Positions 24,857 to 37,620 of a stretch of 64,000 bases of DNA are shown one piece after another. Below the pieces are notes generated by a model. It was given only the letters and a program-made list of their open reading frames with translations. It ran no database searches and was not told where the DNA came from. Source of the DNA: Marsupella aquatica (lineage: Eukaryota > Plantae > Marchantiophyta). Where the stretch lies: NCBI GenBank assembly GCA_973895155.1, contig OZ316896.1, positions 20,262,754-20,326,753 of the forward strand, written 5' to 3'. The position numbers and the translations under genes were made by a program. How positions within the stretch are numbered: the stretch's first letter is position 1; every line of letters begins with the position of its first letter.

Positions 24857-26769
24857 TGTAATGCTGTACATTTGTTAGAAATGATGGAAATTTTATAAAT
24901 TTTAAACTTTTTCTAACTCAAAGGTGCAATCTAGTTACCTTTTGTAGCAATTTAGATCAACTGAACACTTTACCTAATGTTATGCTTCATCGGAGACTAT
25001 TGCCTATATTGGACAAGGATCGCCAATATAAATCCTTGCTCTTTACATGCTACCAAGAAAGAAGACTAGACATCATTGGAGAAGCAATGCAGACTAGAAG
25101 ATTCAAGAACCGGACTCCAAAACACTTCTTGAGCAAGAATGAGCTCTGTATACAATTATCACAATCAGCCAATCTTTGCTATTTTAGTTAAATAGCTAAA
25201 GTAGTCATAAAAGTCTCATACTTTTTCAGGAGTTAGTAGTTACGTAGTAGAATCATCCCTAAAAGTTTCATCTCAAACCGACATGTGGTTTGAAAGTTAA
25301 AATTATTTTAGTTTAACTATTTTTTACATAGCCGCGACTTCGCCGACGCTTTGAGAAAAGTCCTTTGTATTTTTGGACGCTTTGAAAAGCGTCCACCCAA
25401 GACCACGACGCTTTCTGAAGTGTCCGCCACCCAACCAGTTGTACTCCGACGCTCTGCAATCCACATGAGGAGCGACGCCCACAGAAGCGTCCGCTACCCC
25501 GAAGGCGACATCGACACTGCGACGCCACTGAAGCGTCCCGCCCAAAGACCAGAAGACAAACGCTGCGGCCAAGACATCAAAGTTTCGACGACGCTTTCTG
25601 AAGCGTCCACCAAAAGTCCTTTGTAGTTTGGACGCTTTCTGAAGCGTCCACTATGTTCCCGACACTTAGAAATATTTTCGTTTTTCGCACTTTTATAACA
25701 CTGCACCACTTTTGCCAATTTATTTGAGGCACTTAGAAGTCTCAGAAAAGTCTGAAACTTTGTCAGCATAGAGATTATATGTAGTAGAGTATCCTAGAAA
25801 AGTTTCAACTCATTCCGACTTTTATTGTAGAAGTTAAAATTAGATTAAAACCATTGTTTATTAGTTTTACCGGAAAACACCGACGCTCTACAAAGCGTCC
25901 ACTAAGTCTCCAATGCATTTCTTTATTTCTTTTAGGATTATCTTTTTAGATATTTGAGGTTTGAAAAGTCATGCCTTTTCAGTTAAGGGAACCTTTACCT
26001 ATAAAACCTCATGGTTTATCCTTTACCAAAGGTGGGAAACAATTCCAATTAGACTTCTGTTAGTTTCCCATCCTTCCATTTTAACAAGAGAAGTCTTGTA
26101 TGGAAGTAAAACTTATGTTTGAATTTATGAATTCAAGAAATTTCTTGATACTTGAATTCAGTTACAAGCTTCTGTGACTTACATTGAGTTCACTGCTAGG
26201 CTTGCTTGAAGGGTCAAGATTCGCTAGCTAATTCAAGAGTTGTTGTTTGATATGTGAGAAGTAAAGTTTGGTTCTCAGAGTATTCAGTACCGTTACTTTG
26301 TTTATGGAATATGATTTAGTGTTTGACGGAATTGCGTATCGCTGATGTCAAACCATGTTGCCGGCATCTTAAGTCATATCAATACATTTGTAACCAGAGC
26401 AGTACTTGTTTAGCAAATTGGAAATTCCTTATCATGCAATTTTATTTAGTCAGGAGAGAAATTAGTGAGTTATGAGACTTGTTTTATGTCTATTCTAAGA
26501 CCATAGTCCTTTTTTAAGGAGTGGCAATAGCTAATCAGAGTTTTCAGACCATAAATTACTCTCTCTCGACTCATAAGACAGAAGTTTATTTACTTTGGTG
26601 TTTTGTTTATTTGATCTTTTAGTGAGAAACAAGAAATCTATGTGCTGAGAGCTTTAGATTACTCAGAGAGATAAATTCATTCAATTCTTTCCAAATCTGT
26701 TCTTAAAGGGATCGAATTCCGAGTCTTTATGTAAAAAGTGTTTCTTTTGGTTCTTCTGGCTATACGACA
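24857..26769. mobile_element. Probable solo LTR (~1.9 kb) of an unrelated family, inserted in the copia RT
   Basis: TGTAAT...ACGACA ends and 5-bp TSD GCAAG (24852-24856, 26770-26774). Removing it restores TRPDLAMAMGKVSRYM. Confidence 0.88.
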
Positions 26770-27350
26770 GCAAGATCAGGTCTAGTGCAAGTCATCAAGT
26801 ACATGAGACTTTCCACTGCCTTATCATAAGGAACCTTTGACATCAGCCCCTTCTCTGTCGCATCTATGGGACAATAAATTGATGACAATTTGAAGTGTGC
26901 AGCTAAAGGGGTACTTACTGGCTTACTATCCCCCATGTTGAACCTAGCAATTATCTTCCTCGCATAACTGCTCTGTGTCAACCATAGCTTACCAGCCTCC
27001 AAGTCCCTTGTGATCTCAATATCCAAAATCCTTTTAGCTGGCCCTAGGTCCTTCATCTTAAACTCTGCACTGAGCAGTGCTTTAAGCTTAACAATCTCAG
27101 ACCTATTCTTGGCCGCAATAAGCATATCATCCACATAAAGTACTAAAACAATGAATCCAAAGACAACATTATTCACCGGTTTCAAATATACACAAAGGTC
27201 AAACACACTCCTGTGAAAACCTTGTGACCAAATTCAATCGTCAAACCGCTTGTTCCACTGTCTTGGTGACTGCTTCAACCCATACAAGGATTTCAGCAAA
27301 CCATTTCCTCCTGTCCTCTCTTCACAAAACCTAGCGGCTGTCTCATGAAG

Positions 27351-28110
27351 CCCTGGGCCCTTACTCCTAGTATATTGTATATACATACCTTTGAGCCTCC
27401 CCCTCCTTAGTACCCCTACTTATTATTTTTTCTCACATTCAAATTAACCTTATTTTTTATAAAAACTATATTTTCTCTATTTTTCATGTACCTTGAGTAT
27501 GTTATAATAAAAGGTTTTGGACAATAATCTATACCCTTCTTGTATTACAAATTTTGGTGCATTATATAGATGAGAAAACATAATATAAATAGTGATAAGA
27601 GGGGTCTCTCTTTATTTATGTTCTACTATTGGGCTAATACAAACTCAATCTATTAAAAGTCTATTATATGAATCTAAGATAAAAGCCTATATAACTTCCG
27701 AACCAAAAAGGTCTAGAGGCCCCTATGATTTGTGCCATCTATAAATCTTGAATTAACCACCATCCTTACTAAGACCTTTGGGTTTAGGATATGCATTTGG
27801 GTATTTCCTTGGGCATTATATACATTTTGATGGACAAAATACATGTATGGACACATGTACCAATTAAGAATGGACATGTGTACCACTCATGTAATGCCGC
27901 ATGTTGATACCTATTGATCCCCCCTTCCATAGAAATAAAAATGAGAACATTTTAAAGGGTCTTGCAAAATTAGAAAGAGGTTGACTTCAAGAATATATGC
28001 AGAGGTTACTTACTTGTAAAGCGATTATAAAATTACCACTGAAGGGATAAAATTGACCCTTGAACGGTTCTCACGTCCTCCCCGTATTAGAAAGGAGTAG
28101 GGGCCCAGGG
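27351..28110. mobile_element. Non-autonomous TIR element (760 bp) in the copia RT
   Basis: TIR ccctgggccc(t/c)tactcct and perfect 8-bp TSD tcatgaag (27343-27350, 28111-28118). Confidence 0.9.
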
Positions 28111-30703
28111 TCATGAAGATCACCTCTTCCAAGGTGCTATAGAGGAAGGCTGTGACAACATCCATCTGATCTAGCAGCAGACCAAACATTACAACAAGCA
28201 CACACAATAGCCATATTGTTGAGTACTTAGCAACTGGTGAAAAGATCTCATTGTAATCCACACCTTTTTCCTGTTTGAATCCCTTGGCTACCAACCTAGC
28301 CTTGTAGACCTTTGATCCATCTCCCATAGACTGATCCTTCAGCTTGTATATCCACTTACTGTCCACCACTTGCTGACCCTTAGGCAGCTTAACAAGCTCC
28401 CAAGTTTTGTTGTCCTTCAGTGACTGCATCTCCGTTTGCATTGTTGCAATCTATTTTTGCTTCTCCTTTGAAGCACTTGCTTCATGAAATGAAGAAGGTT
28501 CCCCTTCTTCCAAAATTAACGCATGACCCTCATCATCAGCTGCAAAATTGTCCTCTTGCAGTTGAGATGAATCAACCCACTATCCATACCTAGGAGGAGC
28601 GTGTACAGTGCGACCAGATGTTCTTCTAGCCGATGACTTTGGTTGAATTACATCTACTGGTACAATTTGAAGCTCAGCAGTATCCACTTGCTGCTCACCA
28701 GCATCAACAAACTTCTCTTGTTCCTCTGGCACAGGAACCAGCTCCATGCTTGGAGCACCTCCTTCTCTCCGATCATGCACTTCATGATCAATCTCCCCCT
28801 CAATGAGATCCGGGATAGGAGATTTCCCTTTGTCGGTACGGGAGACCTGAGTATTCTCCTCCTCCTTCAATAATCTGGATTCATTGAAGGAAACATCCCT
28901 ACTGACAACAAACTTACAGGCAATAGGATTCCATAGCCTGTAGGGCTTCATACCACTCTGATACCCAAGAAAAATATATTTCTTGGATATAGGATCCAAC
29001 TTGGTCCTATTCTACTTTGGTGTGAGAGCATATGCATCACTTCCAAAACTACCAAGCCATGATAGTCTGCTTGCCGCTTATAACGCATTTCAAACGGCGT
29101 TTTGAAATTGATTGCACTAGAAGTAGAAAGATTTACCAAATAAGCTGCAGTATTGACAGCTTCTGCCCAAAATTTTTGTGGTAAACCTGATTGGCTTAGC
29201 ATACTCCGTGACCGCTCCAATAGTGTTCAATTGAGCCTCTCAACGACACCATTCTGCTGCAAAGTATAAACTATGGTGAGATGGCAAGTTATCCCCTGTT
29301 CTGCACAATACTCTTCAAATTCTATTGAAGTGTACTCCCCACCGTTGTCTGACCTCAGACTCTTCACCCTGGTATCCAAACACTTAATTGTGTTTCCCGT
29401 CTGATTTTCGACTTGGGCCTTCCACTTTGTAAAACTGGACAAGACATCAGACTTGTGCGTCATGAAATAAATCCATACAAATCTCGAGTAATCGTCAACG
29501 AAGGATACATAGTACAATTTTCCAGAATGTGAGGGAGTTGGGAATGGTCCTCACACGTCACTATGTATGTACTCAAGAACCATTTTGAAATGATGAGTTC
29601 CAACATCGAAAGCACGACGATGTTGCTTTCCAAAAATACAATGCTCATAGAAATCCAATTTACAAGACTGCAAATTAAAAATAAGTCCATTCTTCCATAA
29701 GATAGCCAAACCCTTCTCACTCATGTGGCCTAGCCGTGAATGCCATAGTTGAGTCATTCCTCGTGAGACTTGGTTACATTGGCCTCTCCACATACTATAT
29801 TGCCCTACAACACATACAAATTCTTCTGTCTAGTCCCCTTCAAAATCACTGTCTCTCCCGACATGACTTGAAGTTCACCATCAATTACTCGCCATTGATG
29901 ACCATTTGTATCCAACACACCGAGTGAAATCAAATTCTTACGCATGCCAGGTACAAACCTGACTCCGGACATTGTGCGCCCAATGCCATCAAATATTTGA
30001 ATCTTTACAGACCCAGTACCCTCAACTCGACAGGAGTGATCATTTCCCATCAAAACTGAATCGTTTGACACAGAATAAGAATTAAAATACTTGCAAATGT
30101 AACAAATGTGAAAGGAGCAAGCACAATCAAGAATCCACACATCATTTGCTCTCCTAGATGATGTGCACATGGTATACTCCTGACTTCATAAAACATACTC
30201 ATCATTGAGTAAATCAACTTTTCCATCAGCACTAGCCACATTGGCTGATGAAGATTCAGTTGCCTTACCCTTACAATCCCTCTTAACGTGACCAACCTTG
30301 TGACACTTCCAGTAGACTACTGGCTTTTTCTCCTGGGACTTCCACCTTGAAGCAAATCTTATCCTAGATTTACTTCGTCCCTTGCCATTCATGCGCTGCT
30401 CGAGACGCCGCTATGACCTCCCACGATTCACATTCAAGGCAGCACCACATGACAATGCTATTTGGGCTTGACCCAATTTCTTCTGTGCATCATCTGACAG
30501 CAAAGAGCTTACCACCTCATCGTATGAAATTGACTTGAGGTCTCTATACAAGAGAACCTACTTCAAATCCTGATAAGATGGGGGTAAGGAGTTGAGAAGA
30601 AGCAAGGCCTTGTCCTTTTCTTCAATGTCCTTACCGAGATTAGACAAATCAATAGCTAGGCTATTGAATTCATCCAAGCGATCCTGAAGCTTGTTCCCCT
30701 CTT

Positions 30704-31031
30704 CTCGGGGGGGTCACTATATGGAGGGCCATACATCGCGTGCGACGTTTTAGGATTTGACCCCCCTAACTTTTAAGTGAAAAATATTTTTTTGCAAAGC
30801 CCTTTCTTTCTTTAAATTTTATCATTTTTTATTAAAAAACCCCTAAAAAATTTACAGAAAGTATTTTTTGCAATTAAATAGGCCTATGTGTTCTTTAAAG
30901 TCGACCAATCAATAAAACATGCCCTACGTGTTATTCCACCAAACTTTGGAAGTCTTTCGCCACACCCATTTAAATGGGCCTATACTTTGTCGCACGTGAT
31001 GTGTCACTTCCATGGAAGTGACCCCCCCGAG
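30704..31031. mobile_element. MITE (328 bp) of the CTC-GGGG family in the copia gag
   Basis: TIRs ctcgggggggtcact and agtgacccccccgag. Perfect 8-bp TSD cccctctt. Confidence 0.92.
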
Positions 31032-33213
31032 CCCCTCTTTGGGCCTAAGGCTCATCAAGAGAGACTTCTTGTATAACCGGTCTGATGCATCCTCCCGATA
31101 GTACTTCTCTCTTAGGGCTTTGAATAGAGATGCACAATCTGCGTAGTCATCCAATTTCTTGATGATATGCGGCTTCAGATAAAGCATCATCGCATTCACT
31201 ACAATTACTTGTTCCTGCCTTCACCTCTTGAGTGGAATCTCCTCCTCATCATCGTACATCTCTTGTGTAGAGAGAAGATGATCTAGGCCCATAGCACGAA
31301 GAACTCCTTTCACTTGCTTCTCCTAGAGCAAGTAGTCCGTACGCCCATCATATTTTTTCACCTCAAACTTGACACCTCCAAACCTGGATGCCATCTCTTT
31401 TGCCTTCACAGCCCCCTCTACTCGTTGCACCGGTGATCGTACTGGTGTCATGTTTGCTTCCTCCTGCTCCTCTTTCTCCATCTCAAATCGCTGTGGTGAT
31501 CCTCGTGTTTCAAGCTCCACGTCTTCAAAAATCTCCTCCAAATCACTCATGTGAGAATGCAAGAAAAAATGACATTTTTCTCAACTTCTCCAAAAACTCA
31601 AAACTTATCACCGCCATGTAGCCCACGAGCCTAGCTTTCTAATGCTGAAAACCAGAATCAAAACCGAACTCCGACGTAAAAGTTATTCACTTTTTGGTCG
31701 GGGTGGGTAAAACTTGGAATTCTCCCCCGTTTTGACCACCTCGGGGAATAACCAAAATGTGAACTAGTACTCAACGTCGAAAATGCAATTCAATTTGTGC
31801 ACCGCGTTGCCAACTCTGATGGCTAGCAACTTGTCGAAGACAAACAAAAAAAGTTACCTTTCGGTGGACGAAATCTTTGACGGACGGCCGAAAACACGCT
31901 CTCTATTTTTTGGGAATGTTCCCGCACAGAGTAGCAGGGCTCACAGGGGGCCGTTCCCCCTGTCCAAGCGATTAAAGTGGAGGGCGGTAGGTCCCGGGAT
32001 GTGGCTACCAATCAGAAGGGAGTAAAAGAATTAAAAATAAGGGCCTAAAGGGGGTTGGGGACCCCTTTTTTAAATCGGGCGTACAAGGGCAGGGTATGCG
32101 AACTGGGTGGCGGCAGTATGCTACAGCATACCAGCAAGGCAGGGTCGGGAGGCAAGGGCGGGCCGGCGAGGGTGCAGCCGTGAAACGGCTGCCGAGAGCT
32201 TAGGGTGTGCAAGGCGGGCAGCAGCCCACGGGCTATGAGGGTCCGACGGGGTTGAGGAAAAATAGGGACCAAGGGCGCGGGGAAGCTGGCCGGCGCTGCG
32301 TGGCCGTGGCTGGGGAGTGGTTAACCACAAAGGGTTTAACCCCAAAGAAGCCAAATTCACACGCACCACCAGTAAGGGCCCGAAAAAGTTTTCTCTCCAA
32401 TGTGGAACAGAGGTCTCTAGAGAGAGAGAGAGAGAGCCGTAAATGGAGTATTTTTCGAACAAAAAATTGGCCTGTAAGAAATCCAAAAATGCTTGTGGAA
32501 ATCAAACAAAAAGAGCTTGCACCTTGTAACGTTCGGATTACGGTGAGGAATCAGAAACCGATGTTGGTGGGTTGGAAAGATTTGTGCACCTGCATCGTTT
32601 GCTGGTCAATCAATGACAAAAGTTCAGAACTCCTTCCTCCGGTGGTCAAAAATATCAATCTTGGACTCAAAACGATCACCTCTCCGTGATCTCTCCGTTC
32701 AGCCCAAGCACTTCACGTCTCTCCCTCCGAGTCAAGCACAATGATGAGAAACACCGCTCAGGCAAAAGAGGACTCCATAGCCGCTCAGAAAATCAGAATG
32801 CTTCTTTTGCTCATTGCGACGCACTCATTACACACTCGACAACAAACCATCTACCAAAACGATCAGCTCGTCCTGATCTACAAGCAGAGCTACAGCATGC
32901 GACGCCTCCTTCGCCGTAGAGCTCACACCGTCGAGAAAACAAACTTTGGTCCCTCCTCCCAAAAAAAAACCGTCGAACATGAATGTTGTCAACTTTCTTC
33001 ACAAAATCCAGAATGACAAAATCTTAGATCTCTCCGCACCACGATCTCCATTCAGCAATTTCTTCGCACCGTTAGAAAGCCCTTGCCCCGATCTATCCGC
33101 TGAGCCCATAAACTCCAAGTTCCATGCCACGAAACTCCAAGAAATCCATCGACACTCAATGCTGGAAAAACCGTCACAAAATCCCGTCACAAACAATGTC
33201 ACCTCCCAGGCAT

Positions 33214-33225
33214 GCTCTGATACCA
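33214..33225 (-). promoter_or_regulatory. Primer binding site for initiator tRNA-Met
   Basis: TGGTATCAGAGC on the minus strand, 2 nt from the 5' LTR. Confidence 0.92.
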
Positions 33226-33227
33226 AT

Positions 33228-33573
33228 TGTTGAGCATAGACGATACTCGTAACGGTAAGCACATGACACATCCAACGCGCAAGTAGTCGACACAAGAGAT
33301 ACGTGGTTCACCTCCTTGAGGCTACGTCCACGGGAACACACAAGAGAGCTTTACTGAACTCTAAGCCCGTCGGCTATACCAAGTCTGCATAGTGTAAGCT
33401 CTCCTCATCTCTCAAGTGGCTCCATAACAATGAGCCTAAGTTCCACTTATCCAAGCAAACACCGCTTGGCATATAGTGTGCTGCATCCTAGTTAACCTAA
33501 TCACGTCTCCGACTATGGTTAGCCTAACTACGGTTACATGTCGTAACCCTAGACCATGAGTAAATACCTAACA
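33228..33573 (-). repeat. 5' LTR of the copia element
   Basis: Pairs with 23698-24040. Confidence 0.95.
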
Positions 33574-34890
33574 ATGATGACTACAATAATTTCCCACCGG
33601 GATAGAAATTTATGCCCAATCTTTATCGTCTGGTTTTGAGTTGTAGGGTGAGTAGGGGACTGAAGATGCATATGGTTGGCACAATATGCTTGCAGTGTTA
33701 TTTTCAGATTAGAAAAGGGAACAAATATAATTGACTTGTTGAGGAAGCACGGGTGGGCAAAGTTTTTATCAAATTTAAGTTTTTGAAAGTATTTAACTAT
33801 TATTGGGGCACATTTGATTGATTACATTCTGAACTTTCTTGATATCTCAAGGAAATCATTTTTAGAACATAATTTAATATCTAGAATCAAATATGAATAG
33901 AATAGTTTAAATATTTTAATAAAAAGGTTCAATCACATCAAAAAAAGTTCTTGTCCTTCTGAAAATTTTCCAGGGAACCAAAAGAAACTTGTTGCTAGCA
34001 TTTTAGGAAAAAACTGCACACCTAAACTAAGAAAATGTAGTTATCTGCATGTATCATCCTTCATCAGTAGACATGAAGCAGTAGACATGAAGCAATATAG
34101 CAAGGTTGAGTTTCCACTTTGACCCTTATCATGTTGTGGCAGTTTTGTTTTTTCATTCATTACCAATTCGGTTATTTTTTTCATTTTGCTATAGGTCTTA
34201 CAAGATGTGGCAAATTAAGGGCCTCTCTAATTCATTTGAGAGGTCTTCATTGGAAACATTAAGCCAAAGGTAGAGGTCATGGGATCACATTAAACACACA
34301 TCCACATGACTGTATTATTTTCATTTGACTCTCAATCCCTATTTTCAGCAACTAAAGAGTGCATGGCTGGAAATTGCAATCTATAAGCACGATTGTAAGC
34401 TAACTAGGCAAGGAGGCACTATTTGTGGGCAGACAACCTCAAGAGCTAGGGATTAGAAAAGTTCTTTAAGTTGTGTGGACTGTTAATGTCCCATGGCCAA
34501 AAAAGATCAGCAATTGCTTATCACCCTTCTTAGTGTTACTGGAATTGATGGCAACTTGCTAGATGGGCTTTGAGACTCATCTTTTTTTCCATGGAACATG
34601 CTTCATGGCTTGTTGATTGCTGATTTTATTTATAGATGTGAGTTCCATCTTTAAGCCACTCAAAACTTGTTAAACCATTAATTTCATCATACTTTCTTCT
34701 TCCACGGGAATGACCACCAAGTTAGCACTGTATATTTGTTGATATTTATTTTTGATAACAGATAATAACAATAAATACCAAGGTAGCACACACATGGACT
34801 AAGTACTTTAATTTTGCAACATATAGGCCATTGAGGTGTGTATGAAGACATCTCCTGGTCACTTGGCTTCAAACCAATAAATTCTTCTAC

Positions 34891-34983
34891 AAAAATTCTT
34901 AAGGACTTCCCTTCAAACCAATAAAACAACCCTATACTTCATCACACGTGATGTGCCAATTTTGTGGAAGTGAAACCCCCGAG
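34891..34983. mobile_element. Unpaired terminus of the CTC-GGGG TIR family
   Basis: ~90 bp homologous to 17545-17634, ending agtgaaacccccgag. No matching left end found. Confidence 0.7.
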
Positions 34984-35328
34984 TAGAGAACCAAAGGCTG
35001 ATTTACCAGTGCCTCCATCTCGTACATCTCTGTACATAATTTGGATTCACCACGTGCTATCATTTCCATGGGAGATATTAATCTAATTCAGGATCATATC
35101 ACTATCTATAAAGAGAAGGTTCCAATAATATATTTTAGCTCAGTTCCACCCACCAAATGTGCATGTTGATTGAAATCTAAAAGTAATCTACCAATTCACT
35201 AATTTATTACAATGTGATATATGGAAGAAATAGGTGAAGAAACTGATTGTAATTGCTTTTAAATCCATGAAACCGATGTAGAATTTAAAGTATCAATCCA
35301 TTCTTAATTGTTCCTAGTGGGAACAAAT

Positions 35329-35626
35329 CTCAGGGGTTTCACTTTCACAAAAATGGCACATCACGTGCAACGAAGGATAGGGCCATTTTATTCGTTCAAA
35401 GGGAAGACAGTTTCAGAATTTTCTCAGAAGAACAACAGGGACTTTTAAATCCAATTTTGAGACTTATAAGAACATTAGGTCCTTCTAACCAAAATTTTGG
35501 AATATTCCAAGAATATTCTAACTTTATAGGGGTTCAAAACAATATTTTTTTCATACATTTTAGGGGGTTCGAGGCCTAAAAATGTCGCAGGTGATAGGGA
35601 GGCCTTCATATAGTGAGACCCCCGAG
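35329..35626. mobile_element. MITE (298 bp) of the CTC-GGGG family
   Basis: TIRs ctcaggggtttcact and agtgagacccccgag. Perfect 8-bp TSD gaacaaat. Confidence 0.92.
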
Positions 35627-35859
35627 GAACAAATAGCAAGTTTGAAGAAGTTAAATTATTAAACTTTTTGTTCTCCATTGCAAACTATAAAACATATCAC
35701 CTAATTAAATCCTTGAATGTACATACGATCATCAGAGACAATTGAGCATGATGTTTCTCTGAAAAAATATAGACAAACATGTGATAGAATGACGCTAGGT
35801 GGCCATAAGGCATTCAAAGGGCACAAGGTTGTGATATATAGTGATTGTCCTTAGGGCAA

Positions 35860-37620
35860 AGTCAGGAAACGATTGCGGCATTGGACCAATAGGACACTCA
35901 CTCAAGCTGGCAGGTTGGTCCTACTGAAGCATGTCCTTCGGGCAATTCCTGTTTACCATCTTATGCTTCTCAATACCCACAAGACAGGGTGCCAGCAATT
36001 AGAACGGGTTTGTTGCACCTTCTTGTGGGGCTACAATTCGGAAGGTGCCCCCAAAAAAGCTTTGGTTGCCTGGGACACTATTACTAGACCGTATGAACAT
36101 GGGGGATTAGCAATCAGATCGTTTGAACTTCAGTCCCAAGTGTGTAAGATGAGGAGTATCACTAAGCTCATCACTGGTTTTGACACTGCATGGGTAAGCA
36201 TGGCTAGGTCATTGCTCATACTCACAGCAAGGACAGGGCCTCATTGTAAGGAGAGGAAATTTTGGGACCCTACTGATCTTCTCCTTCAATCTCTCCCCTA
36301 GCTTGAAGGTTGCATGTGCAACTACCCTGAACTGTCTGCTTAGGGGATGGGAGCTCTCCCATTGTCATCTCCACTTTATCACAGATGCTGGGAAAATTCT
36401 TTGTTCCCTCTCAATTGCACAATTTCTCCTCCTTATGGAGCAGCACCTAACTGTCACAGGCACTGAGATGCATGAAGGTATGAGTTTTCTTGCAACCAGC
36501 AAGGTTTTCACTGTGGAAGATCTCTCCACACCTGGTCTTGGCTGGAAAACTCTAGAACAGGTCCAAGGTTCGCTACAATTGACCCGACATAGCGCTACCC
36601 GACTTCTTCCACAAATTCTTGGTCTTTTGAACTCCTCCAAGGGGTCAACAACAGGGAGACTCCTCACATCTGAGGGGTGGGTTTGGAAATGGCCCAACAT
36701 TTGGTGTGAAAAGAGGATGGCACCTTCCTACCAAGATGTGGGCGGCAATGGTGCAACCCCAACTTACCCCCACGGCCCAACTCAACCGTAGGTGGTTCTC
36801 TCTTGACACACAAGATCTCTGGAGGAGCGATGGATGCATCTATGGAAAGGTTGGACCTCACCTAGTGTTAAACTTGTCTTTTGGAAGGTGCTCCATGCAG
36901 GGTTCTAATTTGCGTGCTTTGAAATGGACAGTGAGTGATGGCCATTGCACCGCCTGCCAAGGACACATGGAGACCCCATTGAGCACATGTTCTATGACTG
37001 TCCTAGGCTGCGGTCCCAGTGGACCCATCTTTAAATCATTGCTATATATTGGCACCAGTCTGAACAAGGCTGTTGGATGCTCCTGCTTTGGCAAGATTGA
37101 CATTGCTATTAGGTCCCAAAAGCGCAACGGACCCTGGCTTCCTTCTCCTCATCCATGAGATGCTACCCCTACCAGGTTTCCATTGCACGTCATCCTCAAA
37201 GATGTTGCTGTTCAAGTTCATGCTAGCCTTCAGCGGACTCACAGTGTGCAGAAGGCCAGACGGTTACATCAAACCCTTCTTGAACTCATTGAACTGACTG
37301 CAAGGGCTTCTACTGGCACTAGTCCCGCGTAGCTTAGGTCTTTGCTGTTGGAACCCTGCTCATTCCAGTGTGGAGGCCCCCCTTAATTTGCCTGCAGGCA
37401 GTGCCTTGTTTGTCTGTTGTCAGTGTAACTTAGTTTTTTTGCTTTCTCCCCCCTTGGCACTTCTTTAGGAGGTGACCTTGTGTTCTGTTGGGGTGGTTTT
37501 TGGCATTTAGTGGTCGTTTGGGGTGTGTGTGGCCCTTTGTGTGGTTTGTTGTCTCCCTTGCAGGTTTTTGTCGCGGTGGCTTCTCTAATAAACACGTATT
37601 TTCTAAAAAAATAAAAATAA
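35860..37620 (+). mobile_element. 5'-truncated degenerate L1-clade LINE (ORF2 C-terminus, 3' UTR, A-rich tail)
   Basis: LTQAGRLVLLKHVLRAIPVY...FLWG...LVAWDTITRP...GGLAI, a CxxC...ET...H zf-RVT remnant near 36945-36990, and an A-rich end at ~37605-37620. Boundaries approximate. Confidence 0.88.

Larger units (their letters stand above)
24233..31550 (-). pseudogene. Copia gag-pol polyprotein, disrupted
   Basis: Gag KFEVKKYDG, zinc knuckle KCHKVGHVKRDC, protease WILDCACSFH, GAG-pre-integrase LWHSRLGH, integrase LRSDNGGEY and QQNGVVERLN, RT YKARLVAKG and LYVDDML, RNase H LHCDSQSA and KHIDVRYH. Confidence 0.95.
23698..33573 (-). mobile_element. Full-length degenerate Ty1/copia LTR retrotransposon with three nested insertions
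   Basis: Two ~345-bp LTRs, 5-bp TSD ATGAT (23693-23697, 33574-33578), iMet PBS at 33214-33225, PPT at 24041-24050, and gag-PR-IN-RT-RH order. Confidence 0.97.

Noticed and set aside
25340-25660. Palindromic repeats with variable spacers resembling a CRISPR array
   Set aside because: Repeats are degenerate and irregularly spaced, lie inside a plant LTR with a TSD, and no cas genes are present.
32121-33295. Several overlapping 60-160-aa ORFs, also at 32-800
   Set aside because: GC-rich copia leader sequence. The ORFs are not conserved between the two sibling elements and show no motifs.
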